Assembly: GCA_963834915.1 (NCBI GenBank)
Contig: CAWIDI010000003.1
Coordinates: forward strand, 359,759 to 423,758
Length of the DNA stretch: 64,000 bases
Reading direction: 5' to 3'
Source of the DNA: an uncultured Chloroflexia bacterium
Lineage (GTDB): Bacteria; Chloroflexota; Limnocylindria; Limnocylindrales; CSP1-4
Each line of letters starts with the position of its first letter. The stretch's first letter is position 1. The position numbers and the translations under genes are program-made. The notes below the pieces were generated by a model, which saw nothing but the letters and a program-made list of their open reading frames with translations, was not told the origin of the DNA and ran no database searches. Below are positions 1 to 11,515 of this stretch, piece by piece.

Positions 1-283
1 CGAAGCCGAAGCCGCCGAAGCCGAAGCCACCGGGACCGCCGAAGCCGCGGCCGCCCATGCCGAACGGGGCGCCCTTCGGCACCGTCCCGGGTGCCGTCGA
101 TGCGCCGGGCGACGGGTCCGCACCGGTGGAGGCGGAGGGCGACGGCGAGGCACCCATCACGGCGACCGCGCCGACCACGAACAGCAGGGCCGAGCCCAGG
201 ACGATCCCGCCCCGGGCGGCCGTGCCGGACAGGAACGGGCGTCGGACACGCTCGCTGAATTCGATCTCGTTCGGTTCGGTCAT
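1..283 (-). CDS. Membrane-anchored Gly/Phe-rich protein, partial (3' end beyond left edge)
   Basis: Not in the ORF track because there is no stop in the window. Manual reverse translation gives ATG at 283..281 with GGAGG at 293..289. The protein reads MTEPNEIEFSERVRRPFLSGTAARGGIVLGSALLFVVGAVAVMG (one TM helix), then a Ser/Pro linker, then GMGGRGFGGPGGFGFGGFGF running off the edge. Confidence 0.55.
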   Translation of the reverse strand, partial: MTEPNEIEFSERVRRPFLSGTAARGGIVLGSALLFVVGAVAVMGASPSPSASTGADPSPGASTAPGTVPKGAPFGMGGRGFGGPGGFGFGGFGF

Positions 284-431
284 CCGGACCTCCATGGCTG
301 AGCGCGCACCGTCGGGGATGCAGTGGCGCGGGTCGGAAGACGACCCGTTGCGGAGAGTCTCGCTCGCGATCCTTGAAGGTTTCTGAGAATCGCGGGCACG
401 CCATACTTCAAGGTCAGGAGGTGGTGCGCCG

Positions 432-1265
432 ATGCACGTCGTGGTCACGGGCGGGAGCGGCAAGGGCGGGGCGTACGTCGTGCGCGAACTCCGCGAGCAC
501 GGGCACGAGGTGCTCAACGTGGACGTGCGCCACGACGGGAGCCCGTTCGGTGGTTGCATGCTCGCCGATCTCACGGACCTTGGCCAGACGCTGGATGCGC
601 TTGCCGGTGCCGACGCGGTCGTCCATTTCGCGGCGATCCCGGCGCCCGGGCTACGCCCGGCCGGCGACCTCTTCCGGATCAACACGCTGTCGACCTACAA
701 CGTCTTCGCGGCCGCGGAGGCGCACCGGATGCGCCGGGTCGTGTGGGCCTCGAGCGAGACGGTGCTCGGCCTGCCCTTCGACCGGCCGCCCGACTTCGCC
801 CCGATCGACGAGACCATCGAGCCGCGACCGGAGAGCTCGTACTCGCTCTCGAAGCTGGTCGGCGAGACGATGGCCGGGCAGTTCGCCCGGCGGACCGGGA
901 TCGGCTTCGTCGGGCTGCGGATCTCGAACATCATGGAGGTCGCCGACTACGCGCTCTTCCCGACCTACTGGGACGATGCCCAGCTCCGCCGCTGGAACCT
1001 GTGGGGCTACGTGGACGCGCGCGACGTCGCGGCAGCAGCACGGCTGGCGCTGGACGCGCCGGTCGAGAGTTCTGAGATCGCGATCGTCGCGGCCGCGGAC
1101 ACGGTCATGACCCGCCCCAGTGCGGACCTCATGGCCGAGGTCTTCCCGGACGTCCCGCTGCGCCGGCCGGTCGCGGGCCGCGAGACGCTGCTCTCGATCG
1201 ATCACGCGCGACGGCTGCTCGGCTACGAGCCCGCGCATCGCTGGGAGGACCACGTCAGCGCGTGA
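432..1265 (+). CDS. NAD-dependent epimerase/dehydratase (extended SDR)
   Basis: 277-aa ORF. It has an N-terminal Rossmann motif VVVTGGSGKGGAYVV and a catalytic YxxxK (YSLSK). The composition is normal, not shadow-like. Its stop overlaps the next start (GTGA at 1262-1265). Confidence 0.85.
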   Translation: MHVVVTGGSGKGGAYVVRELREHGHEVLNVDVRHDGSPFGGCMLADLTDLGQTLDALAGADAVVHFAAIPAPGLRPAGDLFRINTLSTYNVFAAAEAHRMRRVVWASSETVLGLPFDRPPDFAPIDETIEPRPESSYSLSKLVGETMAGQFARRTGIGFVGLRISNIMEVADYALFPTYWDDAQLRRWNLWGYVDARDVAAAARLALDAPVESSEIAIVAAADTVMTRPSADLMAEVFPDVPLRRPVAGRETLLSIDHARRLLGYEPAHRWEDHVSA

Positions 1266-3255
1266 GCGACCGGCCGGGTCCCGACGGGCCGATCTTCGGG
1301 CGCGACGGCGAGGGCGTCGCGTGGCGGCCGACCCCGGAAGTCGCCGAGGCGGCGCGGCTGGCACGCTTCCTGCGCGCGACCGGCGAGCCATCCCTCGACG
1401 CGCTCCAGGCGAGGGCCGTCGCGGACCCGGCCTGGTTCTGGGGCGCGGCCGCCGATGACATCGGCGTCGCGTGGCAGCGCCGGCCGACCGCAGGTCCTCG
1501 ACCTGACGGGCGGGCCGTCGTGGGCGCGCTGGTGGACCGGCGGCGCCTTCGACTACGCCCGCGCCGCGACCGAGCCACGAGCCGCGCGCGACCCCGAGGG
1601 CGGGGCACTGGTCTGGGAGGGCGAGGACGGCGCCGTCCGGCAGCTCGACGAATGCGGAGCTGCGCGACGCCGTGGAGGACGCGGCACGGCGCCTCCGGGC
1701 ACACGGCGTCCGCGCCGGCGACCGCGTCGGGATCCTGCTGCCGATGCTCGTCGAGACGGTCGTGGCCGTCCTCGCGCTGGGCAGGCTGCAGGCCATCTAC
1801 TCGCCGATCTTCAGCGGCTACGGGGCGCCGGCGATCGCGACCCGCCTCGCGGACTGCGAGGCGTCGATGCTCATCACGGCCGACGGCTTCCTGCGGCGCG
1901 GGTCGTGGGTGCCGCTCAAGGCCGTGGCGGACGAGGCGGTGGCCGCAGCGCCGTCCGTGCGGCGGGTGCTCGTCGTGCGACGGGCGGGCGACGCCCTGGA
2001 GACCCCGTGGACGCCCGGCCGCGACGCCTGGTGGGACGAGCCGGTGGGTGGCGAGTCGGAGGCACCGGTCGGCGGCGAGGTCGACCCCGAGACGCCCTAC
2101 ATGCTGATCTACACCTCGGGCACGACCGGGCGCCCGAAGGGAGCCGTCCACGTCCACGGCGGCTTCCCGATCAAGGGCGCCCAGGACCTCGCCCACCAGT
2201 TCGACCTGGGTCGCGCCGACACCCTGTTCTGGTTCACCGACCTCGGCTGGATGATGGGTCCCTGGACGATCTCCGGGTCGCTGCTGCTCGGCGCGCGGCT
2301 CGTCCTGTACGAGGGCGCGCCGGACTTCCCCGGCCCGGACCGGCTGTGGGCGCTGGTCGAGCGCCATCGGATCACCCACCTCGGCCTCTCGCCGACGGTC
2401 ATCCGGGCACTGATGGCGCACGGGGAGGAGCCGGTGCGGTCGCACGACCGCTCGTCGCTGCGCGTCCTCGGCTCGACCGGGGAGCCGTGGAACCCCGACC
2501 CGTGGTGGTGGTACTTCCGCGAGGTCGGCGAGGGCCGCTGCCCGATCATCAACTACTCGGGCGGTACCGAGGTCTCCGGCGGGATCGTCTCGGGCAACCT
2601 GCTCGGCCCGATCAAGCCGGCATCGTTCTCCGGGCCGTGCATCGGGACCGCCGCGGACGTGGTGGACGAGGCGGGCCGATCCGTCCACGGCGCCGTCGGC
2701 GAGCTCGTGATCCGGGCGCCGATGCCGGGCATGACCCGCGGCTTCTGGCAGGACCGCGAGCGCTACGAGGAGACGTACTGGTCGCGCATCCCGGGAACGT
2801 GGGTCCACGGCGACTGGGCCAGCATCGAGGCCGACGGGTTCTGGTACATCCACGGCCGCTCCGACGACACGCTCAAGGTCGCGGGCAAGCGCGTCGGCCC
2901 GGCCGAGGTGGAGAGCGCGGCCGTATCGCACCCGGCCGTGCTCGAGGCGGCCGCGATCGGTGTCCCCCACGAGATCAAGGGCGAGGTGGTCGTCGTCCTC
3001 TGCGTCCTCCGACCCGGCGAGACCGACGAGGAGGGACTGCGCGCTTCGGTCGCCAGGACCGTCGCCGACCAGCTCGGCAAGCCGCTCAAGCCAGAGGTCG
3101 TCGCGGTCGTCCGCGCCCTGCCGAAGACCCGGTCGGGCAAGGTCATGCGCCGCGTCGCGCGTGCGGCCTGGCTCGGCCTCGACCCCGGCGACCTCTCGAC
3201 GCTCGACGACCCGCTGACCCTGGACGCGATCCGGGCGGTCGCGCCGCCGCGTTGA
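1262..3255 (+). pseudogene. AMP-forming acetyl/acyl-CoA synthetase-like ligase, two frameshifts in the N-terminal region
   Basis: The family-typical sequence is split over three frames. Segment 1262 to about 1488 reads ...DPAWFWGAAADDIGVAWQRRP. Segment about 1489 to about 1648 reads QVLDLTGGPSWARWWTGGAFDYA...VWEGEDGAVRQL. Segment about 1649-3255 reads NAELRDAVEDAARRL...YTSGTTGRPKG...GRSDDTLKVAGKRVGPAEVE...LPKTRSGKVMRR. The start-coordinate frame goes 2>0>1, so both lesions behave as one extra base. Confidence 0.8.
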
Positions 3256-3286
3256 GGCGGGTCGCCGACATCCGTATCCTTGGCGG

Positions 3287-3763
3287 GTGACCGTCCCGAC
3301 CACCGCACCGGAACGCGACATCGTCAGCTGGGAGGACCTGGACCGGCTGGTCGCCGACCTGGCCCGCCAGCTCCACGGCGCGCCGTTCGACGTGATGCTG
3401 GCGATCACCCGCGGCGGCCTCGTCCCGGCCGGGATGCTGGCCTACCGCCTGCGGATCCGGAACATCCTCGTGGCGGCGGTCGAGTACTACGACGACCACG
3501 GCCAGCCCGGTCCGCACCCGACGTTCCTCCAGTTCCCGGCCGATCCGCTCCTGCGCGGCCAGCGCGTGCTGATCGTCGACGAGGTCTGGGACAGCGGCAC
3601 GACCATCCATGCGGTCACCGACCGCGTCCTCCAGGCCGGCGGCCACCCCACGACCGTCGTCGTCCATTACAAGCCCGAGCGCTCGAAGGTCCCCGGCCGG
3701 CCGAGCGTCCACGCGGTGGAGACCGACCGCTGGGTCGTCTACCCGTTCAAGGCCGGCGGTTGA
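3287..3763 (+). CDS. Phosphoribosyltransferase (Gpt/HPRT-like purine salvage type)
   Basis: 158 aa with a GTG start. The PRPP-binding loop is VLIVDEVWDSGTT. Size and layout resemble small xanthine-guanine phosphoribosyltransferases. Confidence 0.75.
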   Translation: MTVPTTAPERDIVSWEDLDRLVADLARQLHGAPFDVMLAITRGGLVPAGMLAYRLRIRNILVAAVEYYDDHGQPGPHPTFLQFPADPLLRGQRVLIVDEVWDSGTTIHAVTDRVLQAGGHPTTVVVHYKPERSKVPGRPSVHAVETDRWVVYPFKAGG

Positions 3764-3772
3764 GGTGACGCG

Positions 3773-4852
3773 ATGACCCGGACGCTCCTGCTGGTCGGCA
3801 CCAAGAAGGGCGCCTTCATCCTCGAGAGCGACGCCGAGCGGCGCGATTGGTCGGTCCGCGGACCCCTGTGCGACGGCTGGCCCGTCCACGACCTCATCGT
3901 CGAGCCTGGCGGCGCGATCCTCGCCGGCGCGGGCAATCCCTGGTACGGCCCGAGCGTCTGGCGGAGCGAGGACCTCGGCGAGTCCTGGACGCAGTCGTCG
4001 TCCGGCATGAGCTATGGGGAATCCAGCGAGCCGATCAAGTCCGTCTGGAGCCTGGCCACCACCCCGGACGGTGGCATCCTCGCCGGCGTCCAGCCGGCGG
4101 GCCTCTTCCGCTCCTCGGACGGCGGGGCGACATGGAGCCACGTCGAGGGCCTGACGAACCATCCCAGCCGCGAGACCTGGCAGCCCGGTGCCGGCGGCCT
4201 GATCCTCCACTCGATCGTGCCCGACCCGAACGATCCGGCGCATACCTGGGTCGGGATCTCGTCGGTCGGCACATTCGAGACGGTCGATGGCGGCGCGACC
4301 TGGGAGCCGCGCAACGTCGGCGTCCGGGCAGGCTTCAACCCGGACCCCTACCCCGTCACCGGCCAGTGCGTGCACAAGCTCGTGATGGCCGGTGGCGGCG
4401 AGACCACCACGCTCTACCAGCAGAACCATTGCGGCGTCTACCGCTCCGACGATTCGGGCGCGACCTGGATCGAGCTGACCGACAACGGCCTGCCGAGCGA
4501 GTTCGGCTTCCCGATGGTCTCGCACCCGCGCGACCCGGACACGGCCTGGACGATCCCGCTCAACGGCGCGGACAAGGGCCGCTTCGTCCCCGACGGCAAG
4601 CCCGCCGTCTGGCGCACCCACGACCGCGGCGCGAGCTGGATCCGGGCCGACGAGGGCCTGCCCGCGAAGGACGCCTACCTCACGGTCCTCCGCGAGGCGA
4701 TGGCACGCGACACGCTCGACCCGGTCGGAGTGACCTTCGGGACCGAGACCGGCCAGCTCTGGCACAGCTCGGACGAGGGCCGGTCGTGGCGGATGATCAC
4801 CGACGGGCTGCCCGAGATCTGGGCGGTCGAGGCCGTCGTCCTCGACGCCTGA
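3773..4852 (+). CDS. BNR/Asp-box repeat beta-propeller protein (sialidase-like or Ycf48-like fold), function unknown
   Basis: 359 aa. Asp-box-like motifs recur: SxDxGxTW as SSDGGATWSH, TVDGGATWEP, SDDSGATWIE, THDRGASWIR, SSDEGRSWRM. GAGGTGA lies upstream of the ATG. Confidence 0.75.
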   Translation: MTRTLLLVGTKKGAFILESDAERRDWSVRGPLCDGWPVHDLIVEPGGAILAGAGNPWYGPSVWRSEDLGESWTQSSSGMSYGESSEPIKSVWSLATTPDGGILAGVQPAGLFRSSDGGATWSHVEGLTNHPSRETWQPGAGGLILHSIVPDPNDPAHTWVGISSVGTFETVDGGATWEPRNVGVRAGFNPDPYPVTGQCVHKLVMAGGGETTTLYQQNHCGVYRSDDSGATWIELTDNGLPSEFGFPMVSHPRDPDTAWTIPLNGADKGRFVPDGKPAVWRTHDRGASWIRADEGLPAKDAYLTVLREAMARDTLDPVGVTFGTETGQLWHSSDEGRSWRMITDGLPEIWAVEAVVLDA

Positions 4853-4865
4853 CGACGACCGATCG

Positions 4866-5129
4866 ATGGCCACGGTCCTGCTGCCGCGCTCGCTGCTGGC
4901 GCTCTTCCCCGGCGCCGACCGGCGCCATGACGTGACCGGCACGACGGTCGGTGCGGTCCTGGCCGAGCTGGATGCCCGCGTGCCCGGCATGCGCGACCGG
5001 CTGGTGCAGGAAGGACCGCGGCTGCGCCCGCACATCAATGTCTTCGTCGACGGCTTCCCCGCCGACCTCACGACGGCCGTCGGCCCGGCCGCCACGGTCC
5101 ACGTGATCCCGGCGGTGTCCGGGGGTTGA
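4866..5129 (+). CDS. MoaD/ThiS-family ubiquitin-like beta-grasp protein with C-terminal Gly-Gly
   Basis: 87 aa ending ...VHVIPAVSGG followed by the stop. Length and C-terminal GG match sulfur-carrier proteins. It starts 13 nt after the BNR gene. Confidence 0.7.
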   Translation: MATVLLPRSLLALFPGADRRHDVTGTTVGAVLAELDARVPGMRDRLVQEGPRLRPHINVFVDGFPADLTTAVGPAATVHVIPAVSGG

Positions 5130-5382
5130 AACGAAGATCCGCCGCCGAGGAGGAGGGCTCGGCGACGGATCGCGATCGATCGGTCGGTGACGACTCTCCC
5201 GTCGGACCGGGCGAAGAGGCCCTCGTCCGAACATCGTCACCGACCTGGGACGATCATCGGTCCGCTGCCGTCGCGATGGCATGGTCGGATGCGGCAGAGT
5301 CGCGGCTGGACGATTGCCGGGTCTCGGCAAACCATCGTCCATCCGCGTGGCGTCGCCCGGGCCGGCGCGCTAAGGTCCGCGC

Positions 5383-6561
5383 ATGGCCACGCGCCCAGCG
5401 AGCACCCCCTCCAGCGAGGTCGACATCGACCGGCTCGCTGCGAGCGTCGCCGCCGACGTCGGCGAGCCGGCCGCGCAGGTCAGGGCGGCCGTCGAGCGCA
5501 TCGTCCGGCTCGCACTCGACCCGGTCGAGCCCGGCGCCGCGGCCGAGGTGGTCGCGATGGACGGCGAGCATGCCGCGCGCCAGGGCCTGCTGCCCGAGCA
5601 GCTCCTCGACCGCTACCTCTCGACCCTGTGGGCGCTGTGGGAGGTCCGGGCGCCGGGCCGGACCGACCGCGACGAGCTGGTCGCGCTCGGCGATCGGCTG
5701 CTGCGGACGGCCGATGCCCTGGTGGCGGCCGTGGCCGTGGGATATCGCTCGGTCGAGCGCGAGCTGATCATCAACAACGCGGAGGCGCGACGCGCCTTCC
5801 TCGACGAGCTGTTGGGCGCGGTCGCGGTCGACCCGACCGCCATCGGGCGGCTGCGCCGGCTGAGCGCCCGGAACGGCATCGAGCCAACGGCGAGCTACCG
5901 CCTGGTGGCCCTCGCCGGGGAGATCGGCGACGACGACGCCGAAGCCGACGCCCTGGCGAGCCGAGTGCGCAAGCTGCTCGCCGGACCGTCGTCCGTCGAC
6001 CGCGCGCAGGCCGGCGTCCCGCTGCCGCAGGCCATGCCATGGCGCGGGCGCGTCGTGGTCCTCGCCCGGGCGACCTGGCCCGGCCTCGGTCGCCTGCGCA
6101 GCGGGCTGGAAGCCTCGGACGCCGATTGGACCGCGGTCCAGTCCACGGCCGTCCGCGGGGTCGAGTCGCTCGCGCCGGCCCTGGCCCGCCTCATCGACAC
6201 GCTGCGCACGGCCCACCGCCTGGGGCGTCGCGGCTGGATCGAGCACGCCGACGACCTCGCGGTCGAGCGGCTCCTCCTCGCCGACGACGCGCTGCTGGCG
6301 ACCGTCATCGAGCGTGAGCTCGGACCGATCCTCGCCGACACGCGGATGGGCGACGAGCTGATCGAGACCCTGCGGACCTACTTCGATGCCGGCGAGAACG
6401 TCCGCGAGACCGCGCGGCGGCTCCACCTGGCGGACCGGACCGTCGCCTACCGGCTGACCCGGATCCAGACGCTGCTCGGCCATCCGCTGGACGGCGAGGC
6501 ACGACAGCGGCTCGTGATCGCGCTGCTCGCCCGGCGCATCCTGGCCGGCGGCGACGCCTGA
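5383..6561 (+). CDS. PucR/CdaR-family transcriptional regulator
   Basis: 392 aa. The C-terminal PucR-type HTH reads ...LIETLRTYFDAGENVRETARRLHLADRTVAYRLTRIQTLLG. Confidence 0.75.
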   Translation: MATRPASTPSSEVDIDRLAASVAADVGEPAAQVRAAVERIVRLALDPVEPGAAAEVVAMDGEHAARQGLLPEQLLDRYLSTLWALWEVRAPGRTDRDELVALGDRLLRTADALVAAVAVGYRSVERELIINNAEARRAFLDELLGAVAVDPTAIGRLRRLSARNGIEPTASYRLVALAGEIGDDDAEADALASRVRKLLAGPSSVDRAQAGVPLPQAMPWRGRVVVLARATWPGLGRLRSGLEASDADWTAVQSTAVRGVESLAPALARLIDTLRTAHRLGRRGWIEHADDLAVERLLLADDALLATVIERELGPILADTRMGDELIETLRTYFDAGENVRETARRLHLADRTVAYRLTRIQTLLGHPLDGEARQRLVIALLARRILAGGDA

Positions 6562-6632
6562 GGCCAGGGCGCCCGCCCAGGTCTGGGGCCCGAGCCCCGG
6601 CCCTCCCGGCGCAACGTGCCACAATCCCGCAG

Positions 6633-7082
6633 GTGACGAGCAGACCCGCCACGGCCCAACGCCTGGAGGACCTCGCGTGGTTGCGTCGCGTCCGTGACCG
6701 GATCGACCGCGAGTACGCCGAGCCGCTGGACGTCGAGGCCCTCGCCCGCGGTGCGCACATGTCGGCCGGGCACCTCAGCCGCGAGTTCCGGCTCGCCTAC
6801 GGCGAATCGCCGTACGGCTACGTGATGACGCGCCGGATCGAGCGCGCGATGGCGCTGCTGCGTCGTGGCGACCTCAGCGTCACCGATGTCTGCTTCGCGG
6901 TCGGCTGCTCCTCGCTCGGCACCTTCAGCACTCGCTTCAGCGAGCTCGTCGGCATGTCGCCGAGCGCCTACCGGCGCCTTGCCGGCCGCTCGACCGCGGG
7001 GATGCCCTCCTGCGTCGCCAAGCAGGTGACCAGACCCGTCAGGAATCGAGAAGCGCCGGCCGTCGAGCCGCCGCTAGCGTGA
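6633..7082 (+). CDS. AraC/XylS-family regulator, DNA-binding domain only
   Basis: 149 aa with a GTG start. It has the double HTH of the AraC type (LDVEALARGAHMSAGHLSREFR...SVTDVCFAVGCSSLGTFSTRFSELVGMSPSAYR) and no ligand or dimerisation domain. Confidence 0.8.
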   Translation: MTSRPATAQRLEDLAWLRRVRDRIDREYAEPLDVEALARGAHMSAGHLSREFRLAYGESPYGYVMTRRIERAMALLRRGDLSVTDVCFAVGCSSLGTFSTRFSELVGMSPSAYRRLAGRSTAGMPSCVAKQVTRPVRNREAPAVEPPLA

Positions 7083-7104
7083 GCGTCATGGGATCGCCAT
7101 CGCG

Positions 7105-9495
<2,391 letters not shown>

Positions 9496-9534
9496 GACTT
9501 TCCAGCCGGTCCCCCCACCGAGGAGCAGCGACCC

Positions 9535-9945
9535 ATGGACATCACGATCCACTCGAGCTTTCTCGCGCACGACGACCCGGACGCGGCCCTCGCCTTCTAT
9601 CGCGACACGATCGGCTTCGAGGTCCGCAACGACGTCGGGTACCGCGGGATGCGCTGGATCACCGTCGGGCCGGCTGAGCAGCCCGACGTCTCGATCGTGC
9701 TGCACCCGCCGGCCGTCGATCCCGGCATCACCGAGGACGAGCGGCGGACGATCGTCGAGATGATGGCCAAGGGCACCTACGGCGCGCTCCTCCTGGCGAG
9801 CGGCGATCTCGACGAGACCTTCGCGAAGCTCCAGGCCAGCGGAGTCGAGGTCGTCCAGGAGCCGATCGACCAGCCCTACGGCATCCGCGACTGCGCCATC
9901 CGCGACCCGGCGGGCAACCTCATCCGCATCCAGCAGCGGGCCTGA
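9535..9945 (+). CDS. VOC (glyoxalase/bleomycin-resistance/dioxygenase) family protein
   Basis: 136 aa. Typical ends are [13 protein letters not shown] and ...[19 protein letters not shown] lies upstream of the ATG. Confidence 0.8.
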   Translation: MDITIHSSFLAHDDPDAALAFYRDTIGFEVRNDVGYRGMRWITVGPAEQPDVSIVLHPPAVDPGITEDERRTIVEMMAKGTYGALLLASGDLDETFAKLQASGVEVVQEPIDQPYGIRDCAIRDPAGNLIRIQQRA

Positions 9946-9960
9946 GCCGTCCGGCTCAGG
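9941..9960. terminator. Hairpin between convergent genes that embeds both stop codons
   Basis: CCTGAGCC-gtcc-GGCTCAGG is a perfect 8-bp stem with a 4-nt loop. The VOC TGA is at 9943-9945 and the KamD-like stop (TCA on the plus strand) is at 9956-9958. There is no U-tract. Confidence 0.4.
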
Positions 9961-11515
9961 CGAAGGCGTCGAAGGGCTCGGTCCGGGCGGCCACGCCCTC
10001 CGCGCCGATCGACCGCGGGCCGGCCTCGTGCGGATCGGGGGAGACCGCCCGCCAGCCACGGTCCGCGAGCATCTCGAGCGTCGCGAGCGCGACCTCGACG
10101 GAGACCCGCGCGTGCTCGGCGGCGATCCCGGTGAGCTTCCCCTGCTCGCGCGCCGCGGCGACCTCGGTCGCGACCCGCGCGGCCGCCCGCGTGTCGCGCA
10201 CGATGCTGGGTGTGCGGCCCGGACGCCGCATGACGAGGGTCGCCTCGCCGGCGCGGGTCAGGACGGCGGCGAGCAGCGGTGGCCAGCCCGCGGCCTGGTC
10301 CACCGGCACATCCGGCTCCGTGAACGCCAGTGGATGCTCCGGGAACAGCGCGCGTCGGACCTCGACCTCGGCGATGGCGCGGGAGCCGGCCCACGGCTCG
10401 TCGGTGATCCACGCGGGGAGGGCGCTGACGGCGACGTGCGCGGACCCCATCCCCTCCGCCCGGGCGAGCTCGACGGCGAGCAGCTGCAGGGCGAGCGCCC
10501 GGCCGGACCGGGTGGCCGGGTCGGACGGGACGCCGACGCGCAGGTCCGGGGCGACGACCAGCGAGCCGGCCCCGACCACCACGATGGTGCCGGCACGATG
10601 GTGGAGGCGATATGCGAAGGCATGATCGGACAGCGTCCGGTCCGGGTCGACGCCGGACGCCACGATCTCGGCCATGGGATCGACCTCGACGAGGTCGACG
10701 CGCTCGAACGCCGCCACCACCGCGTGCTCCGGTGCCCAGAGCGCCTGGGCCGAGGTCTCGAGGCGGACGTACGCCCGCCGCTGGGCGGCGAGCCGGTCGG
10801 CCACGCGGCGGATCTCGGCGAGCGCGCGCTGGCTGCCCGTCGGGGCCGGCTCGATGCGGGCGTGCGCACCGGTCGCCCGCCGCTCCGACGGCCGCCACTC
10901 GTGGACCTCGAGCCCGGCGTCATGGAGGCGGTCCGCCAGCTCGCGGCCGATGGGGACCTCGACGCGCAGCACGTCGGCCCCGGCCGCGACGAGCGCGGTG
11001 GCCTCGTCGATAGCGCCGCCCAGCTCGGTCTCGGTCATCGTCAACCCGACCCACGGCTTGGGCGCATCGCCGAGCAGCCCGGTCAGCTCCTGGCGCGCGA
11101 TCCGGTCGCTGTCGATGCGCTCGAGCGCCTCGCGGGCGAGCCGCCGAGCCTCGGTCTCGGCGACGTTGCGCCGGTCCGGCTCGAGCAGCAGCTCGGACTC
11201 GAGCGCGAGGTCGATCGTGCCCGACGCGATGTCGAGCGCCAGGTGCTGCGGGTCGAGGTCGTATTCGAGCAGCCCCATCGAGAACGGCAGGGTGACCCCC
11301 GAGCCGAGCCCTTCGCGCGACCCGCGCATCCAGCGGTCGACCACGGCGCCCGCCAGCGGACGGCCGTCGCGGTCCAGCCCGGAGACCCCGAAGAGGCGCA
11401 GGATCGCCCGCTCCTGCCCGAGCGATGTCGATGCCCGGGCGGCCGCGCCGAGCGTGCCCGCGAGCGACTCGGCGCGCGCGAGCAGCCCGTCGATCGGCCC
11501 GAGGTCGGATGTCAT
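9956..11515 (-). CDS. Lysine-5,6-aminomutase alpha-subunit (KamD)-like TIM-barrel protein
   Basis: This is the C-terminal 519 aa of the 804-aa track ORF, starting at [10 protein letters not shown] (ATG 11515..11513, ATGA overlap with the dmpA stop). Segments such as [22 protein letters not shown] and [16 protein letters not shown] resemble my memory of KamD-like family proteins. No B12-binding beta subunit is adjacent. Confidence 0.5.
   Translation of the reverse strand: MTSDLGPIDGLLARAESLAGTLGAAARASTSLGQERAILRLFGVSGLDRDGRPLAGAVVDRWMRGSREGLGSGVTLPFSMGLLEYDLDPQHLALDIASGTIDLALESELLLEPDRRNVAETEARRLAREALERIDSDRIARQELTGLLGDAPKPWVGLTMTETELGGAIDEATALVAAGADVLRVEVPIGRELADRLHDAGLEVHEWRPSERRATGAHARIEPAPTGSQRALAEIRRVADRLAAQRRAYVRLETSAQALWAPEHAVVAAFERVDLVEVDPMAEIVASGVDPDRTLSDHAFAYRLHHRAGTIVVVGAGSLVVAPDLRVGVPSDPATRSGRALALQLLAVELARAEGMGSAHVAVSALPAWITDEPWAGSRAIAEVEVRRALFPEHPLAFTEPDVPVDQAAGWPPLLAAVLTRAGEATLVMRRPGRTPSIVRDTRAAARVATEVAAAREQGKLTGIAAEHARVSVEVALATLEMLADRGWRAVSPDPHEAGPRSIGAEGVAARTEPFDAFA

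Noticed and set aside
1255-5095. Long minus-strand ORFs 1255-3408 (717 aa) and 3143-5095 (650 aa).
   Set aside because: They have extreme Arg/Pro/Gly/Asp composition and no motifs. They lie antisense to well-supported plus-strand genes (acyl-CoA synthetase, PRT, BNR protein). These are typical high-GC shadow ORFs.
5126-6317. Plus-strand ORFs 5126-5767 and 5187-6317 overlapping the PucR gene region and the 253-nt gap at 5130-5382.
   Set aside because: They have Arg/Ala/Pro-rich off-frame composition, and the in-frame PucR ORF (5383-6561) explains the region. Nothing convincing was found in the gap itself.
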